Origin: Sarea resinae
Taxonomy: Eukaryota
Direction: 5' to 3'
Assembly: GCA_026026165.1 (NCBI GenBank)
Contig: JAPEUD010000004.1
Location: forward strand, 186,001 to 250,000
Length of the DNA stretch: 64,000 nt
How positions within the stretch are numbered: the first letter of the stretch is position 1; each line of letters starts with the position of its first letter. The translations under genes were made by a program, and so were the position numbers. The notes under the pieces were generated by a model. That model had not been told where the DNA came from and made no database searches. It saw only the letters and a list, made by a program, of their open reading frames with translations. Below, piece by piece: positions 26,001 to 37,730 of the stretch.

Positions 26001-28755
26001 AAGTTGATCCTGATAGTTCCCTCGACCAAGAAGCCGCGGAACAGGTCATCGATGAGGTCCTGTGCCTTGAAATCGATTCAGAGGCTGAAATTGCGACTCG
26101 CAATGGCGTGCTCCATATCAAGAGGATCCTCCCGTTTATTGGACAATATCAGCTCGATACTAGCAAACCTGAGTTTAGCACAGAGCTAACGGAAATAACG
26201 TCTAAGAACTCTCAAGGAGTGTTAGATCTTGGCCCTGATGAGGTCGATGTAGAACTCAAGACCGTTGGGCTGTGCTCCGAAAAAGACATGGATCAGTCAT
26301 TCAGACTTTCTCTGTCAGGAGAGTGTACTGGCACTATTATCCGGACTGGCGAGAATGTGTCAAGCCTGAAGGAGGGGGATAAGGTTTTTGCTCTATCGCC
26401 TAGCCGGTGGGGGCCTCGAGCCAAATTCCAGCAGCAATCACTGCAGCTTCTCGAAGCCGAAGAGACTCTAGAGGTATGGTTGTTACGATGCTTTTTGTTG
26501 AGGCACAGCTAATCGCCTACCGTTGGCAGAAAATGACCACGCTCCCTTTGGCCTATTGCTCGGCTCTATACCTGATCAAACATGTTGCAAGGTTGTCGGA
26601 AGGTGATGTACGTATAGCATTATTGGTCTCTCTTCTTTGCTGACATCTGTTGCAGAATCTCTTCATACATGCGCTGCCAGAGGAGCTTCTTCTTCCCATG
26701 ACCTTAATTGCTAAGCGCAAGGGGGCGAGGGTAAGAATCGTGTTTCTGTTATCTTCAGTCACGCCTTAACTAAATTGTTTTAGGTTTTCGTGTCTTCATC
26801 GATTAAGCTTATCGAGAAGGAAGATTTAGCAGAACATCTCAATGTTGCTTCCGAAGACATTCTGTCTCTCGGCGAGCCTTCGTTCGTGAAGGAAGCTCTA
26901 CGGCTGACACAGAAAAACGGATTCGACATCATAATATCATCAGAGTCCGAAAATTGGACCGATGCGCTCTCTGATGTCGTTGCTCAGCTAGGTTTGGTCG
27001 TACGCATCGCTGAAAAAACAAAGAAGCCTAGCGAACTGTGGAACCGGCCCGAAGATCGGAACTTGGCTCTGGTCACTCTGGATATGCCTTTGCTTATCGC
27101 TAAGAAGCCAAAGATCTTTTCAAGGTGTGTACAGATGTCCCTTTAGATTCACCGTATTTCTGGCGTTTGGCTAATGGTATCTGGTATCGAAGCTTGCTTT
27201 CAGAAGTCTTTTCCATGTACCGTGAAGGCTCATTGATGATTCCGGAGCCGACTTCATCCCTGCACGTCTCTGCTTTAGGGGATATCAATGAGGCCTGGGA
27301 ATCGGGGAAGAAAGTACTTCGTCTGGACGACGAGCACTTCAACAGCCTCGTAACTGCTTCTCTGTTCTATTTGAAATCTTCGGAGCATTCTGACATTCGA
27401 GCACAGGACCTTCCAACATTTTCAGAAATAAGATGTCACTCCGAAAAATGCTACGTACTCCTTCATTGCCTCGAGACCTCATTCGGCAGAGGAACGGCCC
27501 TTTATCTGGCAGAGAAAGGTGCAAGGGACATCCTGTTTATCTCTGATCCGTCAGCGATCTCACTATTGGCATCAAGCGTCGAGAAGTATCTCACCACACT
27601 GTCTGCCCTCGGAGTCAACGTCTCTTTAATCGAGAGCATGCAGACGGAAGAGGTCGACCTTAAGTGTCTTCTAGAGCGGTGCGAGAAGGGTGTTGGGGGT
27701 GTCATCCAGGGTTCTCCTGTTCTTGAGGTGAATATCTTGCCCCCTGTTTGGCAGAAACGAATACTTACGGCAAACGAACGCAGGATGCATCTTTCACCGC
27801 CCTCTCAAATGCGCAGTTCCAAGGACAAATCCAAATGCAACTTCACGAATTAGACCTCCTCTATACACTCCTAAAACAGACACCCCAACAGCCCCAATTC
27901 GTCATCCTTCTCGGCCGCACCGACTCCCTCATAGGCACTACCACAAACAGGACGCTGGATCCCATCCTCGATAGCATCCGCGAGTCCACCGCTCAAAAGT
28001 GGAACGCCGAAGAGGGGCTGAATACGCGTTTTGTGGCTCTGGGATCGGTTTCTGACCCCGTCGCAAGCTCAGGGGCCGGAATTAATTCCCCCCACGGTGA
28101 AGTGGACCAGGAGAGGGAAATGACGGCGGAGGAGTACATCTCGCCAGAGATGAGGGAGGAATTCATTAGTCTCCTGCCTCGCATAATCGGTTCCCAACCC
28201 TCGAAGCCAAACGCAGAATTCGGAGCGACGACCGTCACACCCCAGACAACGCTGTATATGGGACTAGACCCCACAAGGCCCAACTTTCCAGCGCTGGCCT
28301 CCCTATCCCCAACGACTGCGGAGACGAATACGCCAACGACACCAGTACCCAATCTTCGCGCGCTCAGCACCCTCCACCTCGCCTTCCACACCCACCAAAC
28401 CAGCTCCCATGCCGCCTCGTCTACCAACGCCACCGGAAACACCTCGGCCTCCCTCATCGACACTCTCGCATCCTTGGACAGATCTTCGCCCCAATACGCA
28501 GAACTAGCCACCAGCGCGATAACAGAACAGCTTGCGACGCTGCTTTTTGTGGCGCCCGAGGCCATCAGCCCGAAAAAAGCCCTCGCCGCTTACGGCCTCG
28601 ATAGCATGATCGCGGCGCTATTCCGTGGGTTTCTGAGGCAGACTTTTGGCCTGGCAATTGGCATGACAGAGTTGTTGGGTGAGGAGTGCTCTATTGAGGG
28701 GTTGGTGGGTTCTATTAGGGAGGGTGGGGAGGGCGAAGAGGGTAAGGGGCAGTAA
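20036..28755 (+). CDS. Iterative type I polyketide synthase with HR-PKS architecture KS-AT-DH(0)-cMT-ER(0)-KR(0)-ACP, no release domain; many introns
   Basis: KS: EPIAIVGMG, TVDTACSAS, ECHGTGT, KTNLGHSE. AT: FTGQGAQW, GHSSGE, AYHS. DH: HDILGS..., HPTVIDACVQ. cMT: YLEIGGGTGG, ANVLHAT. ER- and KR-homologous segments follow, then ACP YGLDSM and TAA at 28755. Confidence 0.95.
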
Positions 28756-28842
28756 CGGCTGTCGGTAAGATTGGTGACAGATGATAAATGAAAGTCGACG
28801 GTATTGATGGCTTTTGCTATATATCCCGTAACAAATCTCTTG

Positions 28843-28957
28843 CTCTTTTTCCTTTCCCTCTTCTTTCCTTTTTCCTCACCTTTCCCTTTTCCTCTCCTTT
28901 TTCGTCTCTTTCTCCCTTTTCCCTTTTCCCTTTTCCCTTTTCCCTTTTCTCTTTCCT
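28843..28957 (+). repeat. Polypyrimidine tract including (CCCTTTT)5 downstream of the PKS
   Basis: Seen directly; CCC runs at 28914, 28921, 28928, 28935 and 28942. Confidence 0.9.
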
Positions 28958-29339
28958 TAAGTCTTCCTCCTTCCTTTGTTCCACGCTCTACGATTTACAC
29001 GTATCAACAGATCGATCACTATGACTCATGAATCTCTCTCTCTCTGTTAGAAGTTTTATTTGATTTACAAGCTTGTTCAATTTAATCAATCTACCGATCG
29101 ATCTTAAACATTGAAGCTCCTGAAAATTGGAAACCTAGAAGCTAAGATGCTTCTATTCGAGAGCACAGAACAAGCTACTCTCATTTCTTTCGTCCTGTCC
29201 GGACTATCTGTCATCGCCATGATGCTCATACGCCTGACCCGTTACGGACAAAGATGTTTATCATCGAGCGTCTCAAACGATTCGGAGCGTCGAGACTATT
29301 CTGTACGCACAGTGACCCCCCCCAAAACATTTTCTCTCT

Positions 29340-31056
29340 CTACAACAACTCCTCCCACTCCCGCCTCGGCACGACCTTCTCATGCACCCCTCTCGCCCCG
29401 CCTCCATCCACCTTCTCCGTCCCCCTCGCATCTTTCCACCCCCACACCTCATCCAGCTCCGCCCCTAGACTCTCGCCCCGCAGTACTTTCGCCACGTACG
29501 CGCCCCAGATGGGCAGGAACTTGTAGCTGTGGAACGAGCCGCCGATGGCCAGATACAGGTTCTGGAGATGGCCGGACGGGTGCGAGCTGAGCAGTGGGTG
29601 TTGGGTGGGAGTGATGGAATCCCTTTTTGTTTGCGCGAGGCGGGGTGCGGGGCGTGTCAGTCAGGTAGTTGGACAGACGGATGTTTTGGATTTGGTTGAT
29701 TCATCAGAGGTAGGGAGGGGCGAGGGGTGCAGGTGCATGCAGTGGATAGGGGTGGGGTGGAGGGAATGACGAGCAGGTTGATCGGATGTGCAGAACGAAA
29801 TCATAAAGAAGGGGAATGGAAAGGGGGAGGAGGGGTTCAACAATACTAAAACATCACTCACCAGCAACACCGCCAATATGCAACCTCCTTCCCTCCCCCT
29901 AGGACCTGCGGCACGTATCTGCGTACCATTTCCAGCGTCTCAGTTTTCAGTTTCTGCGGGACGAAAGACTGGTCGTGCTGGAGAGGCGGCGAGGAGATGG
30001 TGTGTTGGGTGCGTGTGGAATAGTGGTTCGTGAAGGAGGTGGCGTTTGTTAGTTTGAGGTATTCCTGGCCCGGAGGATGGGGCGGGAGCATCTCGCCTTC
30101 ATTTGCCGTTGCGGCTAGCTGTCAGCTGGCTTTGTTGAGGGAAATGAATACACAGAGGACGGACTGAGAAGTGAAGACTGAGGAATTGCGAGATGGGGAT
30201 ATGGACGGATCGCAGAAAAAAGGCAGAGAAGGGACACACCATCTTCCCCAAATACGACCACAGGCAGTGCTCCAAACTTCCTCTTCTCCTCCTCGTCCAG
30301 CGAGAAATGCGCCACGCATACCCCGGCGGCTGTGGCCTGACTCTCGACCCTCTCATGCTCCCCAAGAGCCAATTCATCCTCCAAGGGAGCTAACAACGCA
30401 CTCGTCCATGCGCCCGTGGCCAGCAGGACCTTAGACGCCGTGTACACCTCGCCCTCGACCGTGCGGACGCCCTGCACGCCCCCCTCGCCTCCCGGGATCA
30501 CCTCCGCCACTTCGCCGACAGCGTAGCGTACCCCGCGCTCAACCGCAGCCCGCATCATGGCGGCGTCGGCATCCGCGGCGTCAGCCCACCCGGCAGACGG
30601 GTTCGCATAGGCGGAGTCGAAGCCGTCGAGCTGGGCGCGGGCGAGCACACCGTCGCCGAGGTCCTGCTTGACGGCTTCAAGGGGCATGTCGCTCGTGGGA
30701 TCCTCTTTACCGCTTTCTCTGAAGTTGGTGCGGATCCGGCTGGCGAGGTCGCTGTTTTTCTTGTTGAGCATGACCCAGCCAGTGCGGTGGTAGAAGGGCT
30801 GGAGCTTCGGGTAGGTCGACCAGGCAGCGATGGCGGACGAGGCCAGAGACATGTAGAGTGGTGAGGTGTAGTCTGCGCGGATGATCTTGTTCAGGTCTGT
30901 TGATGCTGCTGCCGGAGAGGGAAAGGGGGCACGGTCGAGAATTGTGATCGTGGTTGTTGGCGAAGGGGGAGAGAGAGAGAGGTGGTACGCTGTTGAGATG
31001 CCCATGACGCCGGCGCCGACGATGAGGATGTCCGAGTGACTTGTATCTGGAGCCAT
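29340..31056 (-). CDS. FAD-dependent amine oxidase, sarcosine oxidase / fructosyl-amino-acid oxidase / pipecolate oxidase family; 3 exons
   Basis: DILIVGAGVMGISTAYHL (GxGxxG), AASTDLNKIIRADY, VLLATGAWT, YWRCCW|DSITP (family flavinylation Cys region) and LYLAIGGSFHSYKFLP. Introns at about 30239-30098 and 29860-29623; TAG at 29340. Confidence 0.88.
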
Positions 31057-32063
31057 TTTTCGTAGCTGTAAAAATGAAGATGCGATGGACTGGTGTTGGT
31101 GGTGGCAGATGAGGAGGGGATTGAGGGTCAATAAATAGATAGATAAGGGGGGGAAGCTTTATCGATAAGGCGATAGGGTGATGGCTGAAGCGGGCCGGAC
31201 GCAGGGGCCAGGGTCCGGGGACTTCGGTACTAGCATATCTGGAAGTGAATGGCAACTCCAAGTAGGGATATATTGCTATTGAAAACGCGTCATCCGAGAG
31301 AAATCGTCTAAGGGTTTGGCATCTCGTGCACATTTTGCATAATGTGAAGGTTGGCCGTCAGGGGCAGGGTCAAGGGATCGAGCATGGTCCCCGCCATGAC
31401 GATGTTGTCAGGTGCACGCCAAATGTCAAAGATCGACCCTTTCCGGCTTTCTTTCAGAAGCAGGTTTTCCCTCTTGAGCCATAGACGTTCGACGATAAAT
31501 GTCAGAAACCTCCATATTAAAAGACTCCCCTAGGTAGCTTACCATTGATGGAAATGCTGGCAAGACCGGCACGTCTTGGCCCCCAGAGACTAGACGGGTG
31601 GCAACTCGCTGCATCGGCATAATCGAGCGTGCACCTTCAGGCGTGCGCAATGATATCTACAATACCCTAGGCTTGGATCGGTCATACAGTGGAGGAGATA
31701 TAGATGCGTGCATAGCAAGTTCTTGAGTCGCTATGGTATGATGTAGAGACGTCACTTGAAGTAATAATATCTATTTTATGGCATTTTGCAATTATGCTTG
31801 AAACAGCTAGCGTGGTCGAGAAAGCTAATCTCTGCATCGGGCCAAAAAGAATAATTGGCTTTGACTACCTTGCCCTTGAAAGAGACGGGTCGAGATGACT
31901 GACTCTTGGTATTTAGATAGCTAGATCTTGGCGGCAGGCAACGCAGTTCCGCTGCAATGTGAAAAGAGGGTCAGAAATTGACGAAGACTGGCTGCATCAA
32001 GGGCTAGACCAAGCAGCGCAGACGAACCTTGGTTGCGCCCACCCAACTATGCGTGCACGTAAC

Positions 32064-33125
32064 TCACAGATGCTTGTGGAAAAAGTCCAGCAGCGTCTTG
32101 TAACCGCGCTCATACTCTTCCTTGACACGGGAGCTTTCGAGGTTGGAACTATATTGCATCAATTAGAATTGTACGTAGTTTACAATAAGCCTTAAGAGCA
32201 GGTGAAACATTTGCACAAACAACCTAAAGCGGTAGCTGGCAGGGAAAGGAAACTCACCGAGCGCCCATCCAGCCGTGGATCTGGTCGCCGAAAGTCTCGA
32301 CGTGATGGGGGACCTTTAGGTTGTCCTTGAATTTCTGGACGGCGTCGGGATCTTCGTCTTTGGATGCGAGCATTGCCACGGGAATTGTGAAGGCGGCCGC
32401 ATCATTTGGGTCTACCATTGCCGGATGGCACTCCGCCGCCGCTTTGAAGAGAGTGCCAGACTGGTTGGCCAGAGAGACGACCTATTTCATGTACAGATCA
32501 GTGCTGCCCCCCAAGGGTACTGTAATCGTTATTGTTACAACAATGCAAGCTCACCTTGCCACCCCAGCAAAATCCCACGATGCCCCAATTCTCAATCTCG
32601 GGATGCTGTCTCTGCAGGTCCTTGACCAGCCCAGGGATGCGTCCGGCAGCCTTTGGCGGCGCGGCAGTGGTCTGGAAAAAGGCCTGGAGCTTCTCGCCCT
32701 TCTCCTTGGTGTCTGGTGGATACCACGAAATATCTGCGGGAGAGCCTTCGAAGAAATCGGGTATGAATACTTGGTATTGATGCTCCTTGTCCGAGTGAGC
32801 GAGGATGTCGGCGCCTTGGAGCGTTTGTGGGAAATATCCGAAGATGTCGGGGATGAAGAAGATGGCTTGCTTTGCGGTTGACGGACCGGTGGCGTCTGTT
32901 ACAGGAAAGGTAAGTGGTGTGGGGCTTTGAGGGTGTGGAGGTTGGGAATTAGGAGGTGCGTACAGGTCTTCAGACCATCAGCAGTGATGTAGGTGCCCTT
33001 GGGCTCGTAGCCCTTGCTGACCACGGGCGGGATGGTGCAGCATGCTAATCCATCTAGTCAGTATGAGATCGTTCATCCGCAACAGCAATGGGCTGCGCAA
33101 CGATACCTTTGCTGTGTTGAGACAT
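32064..33125 (-). CDS. Dienelactone hydrolase family alpha/beta hydrolase (multi-exon; not called as one ORF in the track)
   Basis: Spliced minus-strand translation: MSQHSK|ACCTIPPVVSKGYEPKG, DIFGYFPQTLQGADIL, nucleophile elbow GIVGFCWGGK, ECHPAMVDP, LASKDE, HGWMGAR, YERGYKTLLDFFHKHL*. Confidence 0.88.
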
Positions 33126-34039
33126 GGTGCTTTGGTATCTCGTTCCGGGAACGAATGGACTTGGCTTGTAAAGGGTACGGGAAATCAATTGGGATCTTTG
33201 TTGAAGAGGTGTACGGGATTGAAAGCAGAGGAGAGAGGCGTATCTCATTATTATTGTCATCGAGGAGCCTACATAGGTGGGGTGGGGCGGGGTGGGAATC
33301 GAATACTAGCGGGGGGAGCACGTCCATTTACTGAGGCAAGCCCTGGAGGGAACTACAGATCTGAATAAATGCATTATCGGATCCAGTTAGCTGCCCCAAG
33401 GACGAAGTCGTCGGCAGATGAAAGACCACTTGGATCGAAAAGCATCGTCCAATAGGGTGACAACTTAATGGAGATCCTGCCGTCGAGAAGACGATTCGGG
33501 TGCGATCGAAAGACGCTACCGTTACGTCATCAACCGGACGAGCCCCTGTCCGGGCCGTCCTGAAGTCCACGGGTATTTGCACTGTTGATTGACATCAGGT
33601 ACACTCTACTAACGCGCGGAACCCGATCGCCTGAGCGATCATCATTGCATACAGATATATCCATTGTTTCTTATGTCTCTTCAGCTCATATCCCATACCG
33701 ATGCGCCGCCACAATGCCTCGAGATCTAATCTAATCCAAAAGTACGCCAATCCAGTACTCAAACAATGGCTTCATGATCCCCATCCCTTCCTATTCAATC
33801 CATAGCCTGCAATGAGCAAAGATTTGGTGGGGGCGCGGGCTGGAGAGAGAGAGAGAGAGAGGTGCCAATTTGAAGCTGACTCGTAAACAAATAAGGGGGA
33901 GGAACGGAGTCAGGACAAGGGCTAGCAGATGGTAGAAGGCATGAACAAGACCTTCCGTCCTACGGCGAGGAGAAATGAAGGGCCGTGGAAGAAAAAACGT
34001 GCAGTGATACAATCGTGAAGAGCCCCCATCTTATAAACA

Positions 34040-36093
34040 TCATGTCTCTTCTCGATCGACATCAGCATCGTCATGGTCTTTGTTCAGACGGCCCTTACCC
34101 TTGCCCGTGTCTCTCTCATCATCATCATCGGCCCCTTCGCCAATGTATGCACCACCCGTGGCCTCGCTTCTACGTTCCTTTCGCCTCCGTTGCGGTTTCT
34201 TAAACCAGCTCATCTTCCACCATTCACCCGCTGTATCCGGCTCCCGTAACCCTGCCGGCGACGCTGTGTCACGTTCTCTTGCGAGCGTGCCTAGCTGGGT
34301 TGAAGCACGCCTCCGACTCCTGAATGTCCGGCCTGAAGTCGCTGACCGAAGTAACGCCGTTGACTCGGTCGAAGGCGAGCGGGGATCGTCTTGGCTGCCG
34401 CTAGATAGGCCGCGATGACGCTGTTGTCGAATCGTGGCAGAGGGAGTGCTAAGGGCGGTAGAAGCGCGCCGGTGGGCAATCTCCGCGCGTGAAGGGGACG
34501 AGATTGAAAAGGCTCTGGCAGTAGCCGCGCCGTCGTCTTGGAGCTCATCCCAAATCTCACTAGCTTCCACAAGGGTGGGCTGCCGACGCACAGGGCGGGT
34601 GACAGAGAGTATGGCGTTGTCTTTCGTGGTAGGGGAGAGAGATTGACATTTCGTATTAGCTCTCGAGGTTTTGGGGGTGCTGAGCAAAGGCTGACGTTCG
34701 GCAGCCGTGGCTGTGGAGACAGTTGTGCTACGCCTTCGTTTTCGTCTGTTCCTTCTTGGATTGCCGATACTGGCTTCCTCGTCATCAGTGGCGTACTGAG
34801 AAGAGATGTCCGACTTGTCATCTTCATCTTCTAGCTCTTCGTCGCTTGTAGCCTCGACTAATCCTATGCCCGGAGCAAGTGGGGTAGATGAGACAGTATT
34901 GATAGCCGTGGATTCGTCATGCAGACGCCAGGAGAGTGCCAGAACACCGGAAAGAAGTATGACCGTACCGAGGGCGATCTGGAAAATGTTAACAAGGACC
35001 TCAAAAAATGATGAAGATAGCTATTTACTAGAAGCCCATGCAGCACCGACAGTCTAGACGCTTGCCTGAAATATATCAAGCCATCCAGAATTGCTATGAT
35101 GTTATAGATGCAGAAAACAAAGGGGTATAACACGCTAGTAGAAAGAAGCTCTAAGCCGCAATGGAGGTAATAGAGTTGTGAAAGAGCAAGAGTAACGAGG
35201 CTAAGAAGTATCATCCAGGACTGCCACCGATTGAATTGGTTTACTCGATCGACGATGGTCCGGACCAGGAGTTCCACGGCGACCTTGGCAACGAGCAATG
35301 AATGTGCTGAGCCGATGCCGCTCAGACACCCATACGAGAGGCCACGAAACAACTTCATACGAAAATTATTGCCTCCCCTGGGATTGAAGAGCTTCGCAGC
35401 CCTTGTAGCAAGGATGATAAGAACAACCAGGATCGCCTGTCCTATCATCCAAAGTATGAATTGCCGTCTGCCCAATAGCCAGAGCAGTTGATCTAGATTA
35501 TGCGCCGGCTCTCCAAGGGCTCCGAATGTTGCAATGAGCACTGCCCCTCCAGAGACGAGTATCGTCCCGCCCAATGACCATCGCGTAAACGGTTCTCCAA
35601 GTATCAACGTCGCGCATATTGAGTTGAAGACCAAGCCAGACTGCGGAGAATAAGCCCTTCAGATGTCCTACTCACACAATACTGGGGACACATACAGCTT
35701 GCAGCGTCGACAGGACGGGAAGGGGTAACGTCGTAATCTGGATCGTGCTTCCCAGCAGATTTGCAACGATGAACATAAGCATGCCCAACTAGGACCCGTC
35801 AGGTTCTCCATTCAGCTCTGTCATACACCTGGTAAACTTGCCTGCCACCTCCTCCTTCGATGCGGCGGCCGCCGCGCAAGTCCCGGATCTTTCTCATCCT
35901 CTAGGATATGGCTTTTTCGCTGCAGCGTCAAGCCAACACTCTGGACACTTGTGGAGAGTATTCCCACGAAGATTCCGACCTGTCGGCAACACCATTGTCA
36001 GCAAGGGAGGACGCAATCGCTGGGATGATATCGGTCTTCTCCAAAGCTTACAGCAATACTGCCACCGGGTGACAAATCTCCCAACTGACCCAT
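34040..36093 (-). CDS. NIPA/DUF803-type magnesium transporter-like membrane protein (DMT superfamily); 5 exons
   Basis: MGQLGDLSPGGSIA|VGIFVGILSTSVQSVGLTLQRKSH, LGSTIQITTLPLPVLSTLQA|SGLVFNSICATLILGEPFT and QLYYLHCGLELLSTSVLYPFVFCIYN. Multiple TM segments and a disordered C-tail. Confidence 0.8.
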
Positions 36094-36859
36094 GCCGTGC
36101 GCCGCCTCGGGAGAAGATTCTCCTTATGGTCGACGAGGATTGTGGGTATGAAGCTGTATACTGAATGTAGGTGTGGTACGGGAAGGAATGCTTGCTATCG
36201 GTCCGGCCCATGCATTGTTGCAGATCGGGCACTTGACGCGCAGCTGCTCCCAGCACCGGTCAGGTCGAGTCAAGCTTGAGCGCGACTTATTTGGGATGAG
36301 GACATAGGTAAGGTAGGTATGAGGCAAACTCGTATATGTTTGACGACCAGAGAATGGAATTGATGATAGTAGATATGGTGAGGATCAGGGCACGATCTAT
36401 CTGTGGTCGTCTTGGCTAGGCTGGATGGTTGATGGACGCCGGTCCAAGACTGTACATGAGTACCTACGTTACTCGAGTAGCTGGAGGACGAGGTACATCT
36501 GTGACCTAACGACCTCGCTGGCGTCCAAGGTATCGATTGCCGTGGGATATCTACGAGTACCTACATAGTAGGTACTCCATACGCTGCGTGACCACTATAT
36601 CATCGGAGCTTGCCAGGTGCTCCCACTACTGACCTTGCGGCTTGAGGGTGCATCGATCAATCAATCGATCAACACCACTTCGGACCCTGACCTTCGAGAT
36701 CACCGGCTTTCGAGTTTCTCCTGATTTCCAGTCCTTGGCTTTGACACCTGCCTCTCTCTCCGCTTCCATCAACCATCAAGCAAAGCACAATCCTATTCAC
36801 CTCCGAAATCCCTAAGCACATCTCTCCCTCCAAGGACTGCAGTTTCACGAGCCGTCAAG

Positions 36860-37730
36860 ATGTCGCGCGCTCACGCAATGTCGGACGACCAGGTAAGCTC
36901 ATCCTGCACTGTCCAGGCCCTCGAAAGAATCGCAGAGCTGCCATGCAGTCCCACCTTTCCAATGCCATTCTCCCGCTAATAAATCGGTGGATCGATAGGT
37001 AGCGGGCGAGCTCAAAAAGATGACGGCTTTCATCCGGCAAGAAGCGCTCGAGAAAGCCAAAGAGATCCGACTAAAGGCAGACGAAGAATTCGCCATCGAG
37101 AAATCCAAGCTGGTACGCCAGGAGACCGCCGCTATCGACTCGCAGTACGAGAAGAAGTTCAAACAGGCCGCCATGTCGCAGCAGATCACCCGTTCGACGC
37201 TGGCCAACAAGACCCGCTTGAAGGTGCTGAGTGCGCGCCAGGAGCTGCTGAACGAGCTGTTCGACAAGGCGAGCAAGAAGCTGCCGCAATTCACTAAGGA
37301 TAAGGCCAAGTATCAGGATACGTTGAAGAAGTTGATCCTGGAGGGCGTGTATGCCTTGAATGAGGAGAAGGTGCTGGTCCGGGCCCGGAAGCAGGATTAT
37401 GATATCGTCAAGAAGGCTATTGCGGACGCAGTCAAGGAATACAAGGAGAAGCTAGGCCAAGATGTAGCGATCGAAATCGACGAGAAGAACCCACAGCCGG
37501 AAGCATGGTGAGTCTCTTCTACGCTTTAGTTGCCGACTCCTTCATGCCTGCCAGCCTACCCATGACTTACCTCTTCTAGTTCTGGTGGTGTCTCAATTGT
37601 GGGTGGCAATGGCACTATTGATATAAACAACACTTTCGACGAGCGCCTGAAGCTGCTCGAAACCGACGCCCTACCCTCCGTACGAACTACGCTATTCGGA
37701 AAGAATGAGAACCGCAGATTTTACGACTAA
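36860..37730 (+). CDS. VMA4: V-type ATPase V1 subunit E; 3 exons
   Basis: MSRAHAMSDDQ|VAGELKKMTAFIRQEALEKAKEI..ADEEFAIEKSKLVRQE, GGVSIVGGNGTIDINNTFDERLKLL and LFGKNENRRFYD*. Introns 36892-36998 and about 37508-37579. Confidence 0.96.

Noticed and set aside
31270..31660. Short open frames between the amine oxidase and the hydrolase
   Set aside because: No recognisable homology or complete gene structure; likely promoter/UTR.
32321..32881. 186-aa plus-strand ORF
   Set aside because: Antisense shadow of the minus-strand dienelactone hydrolase.
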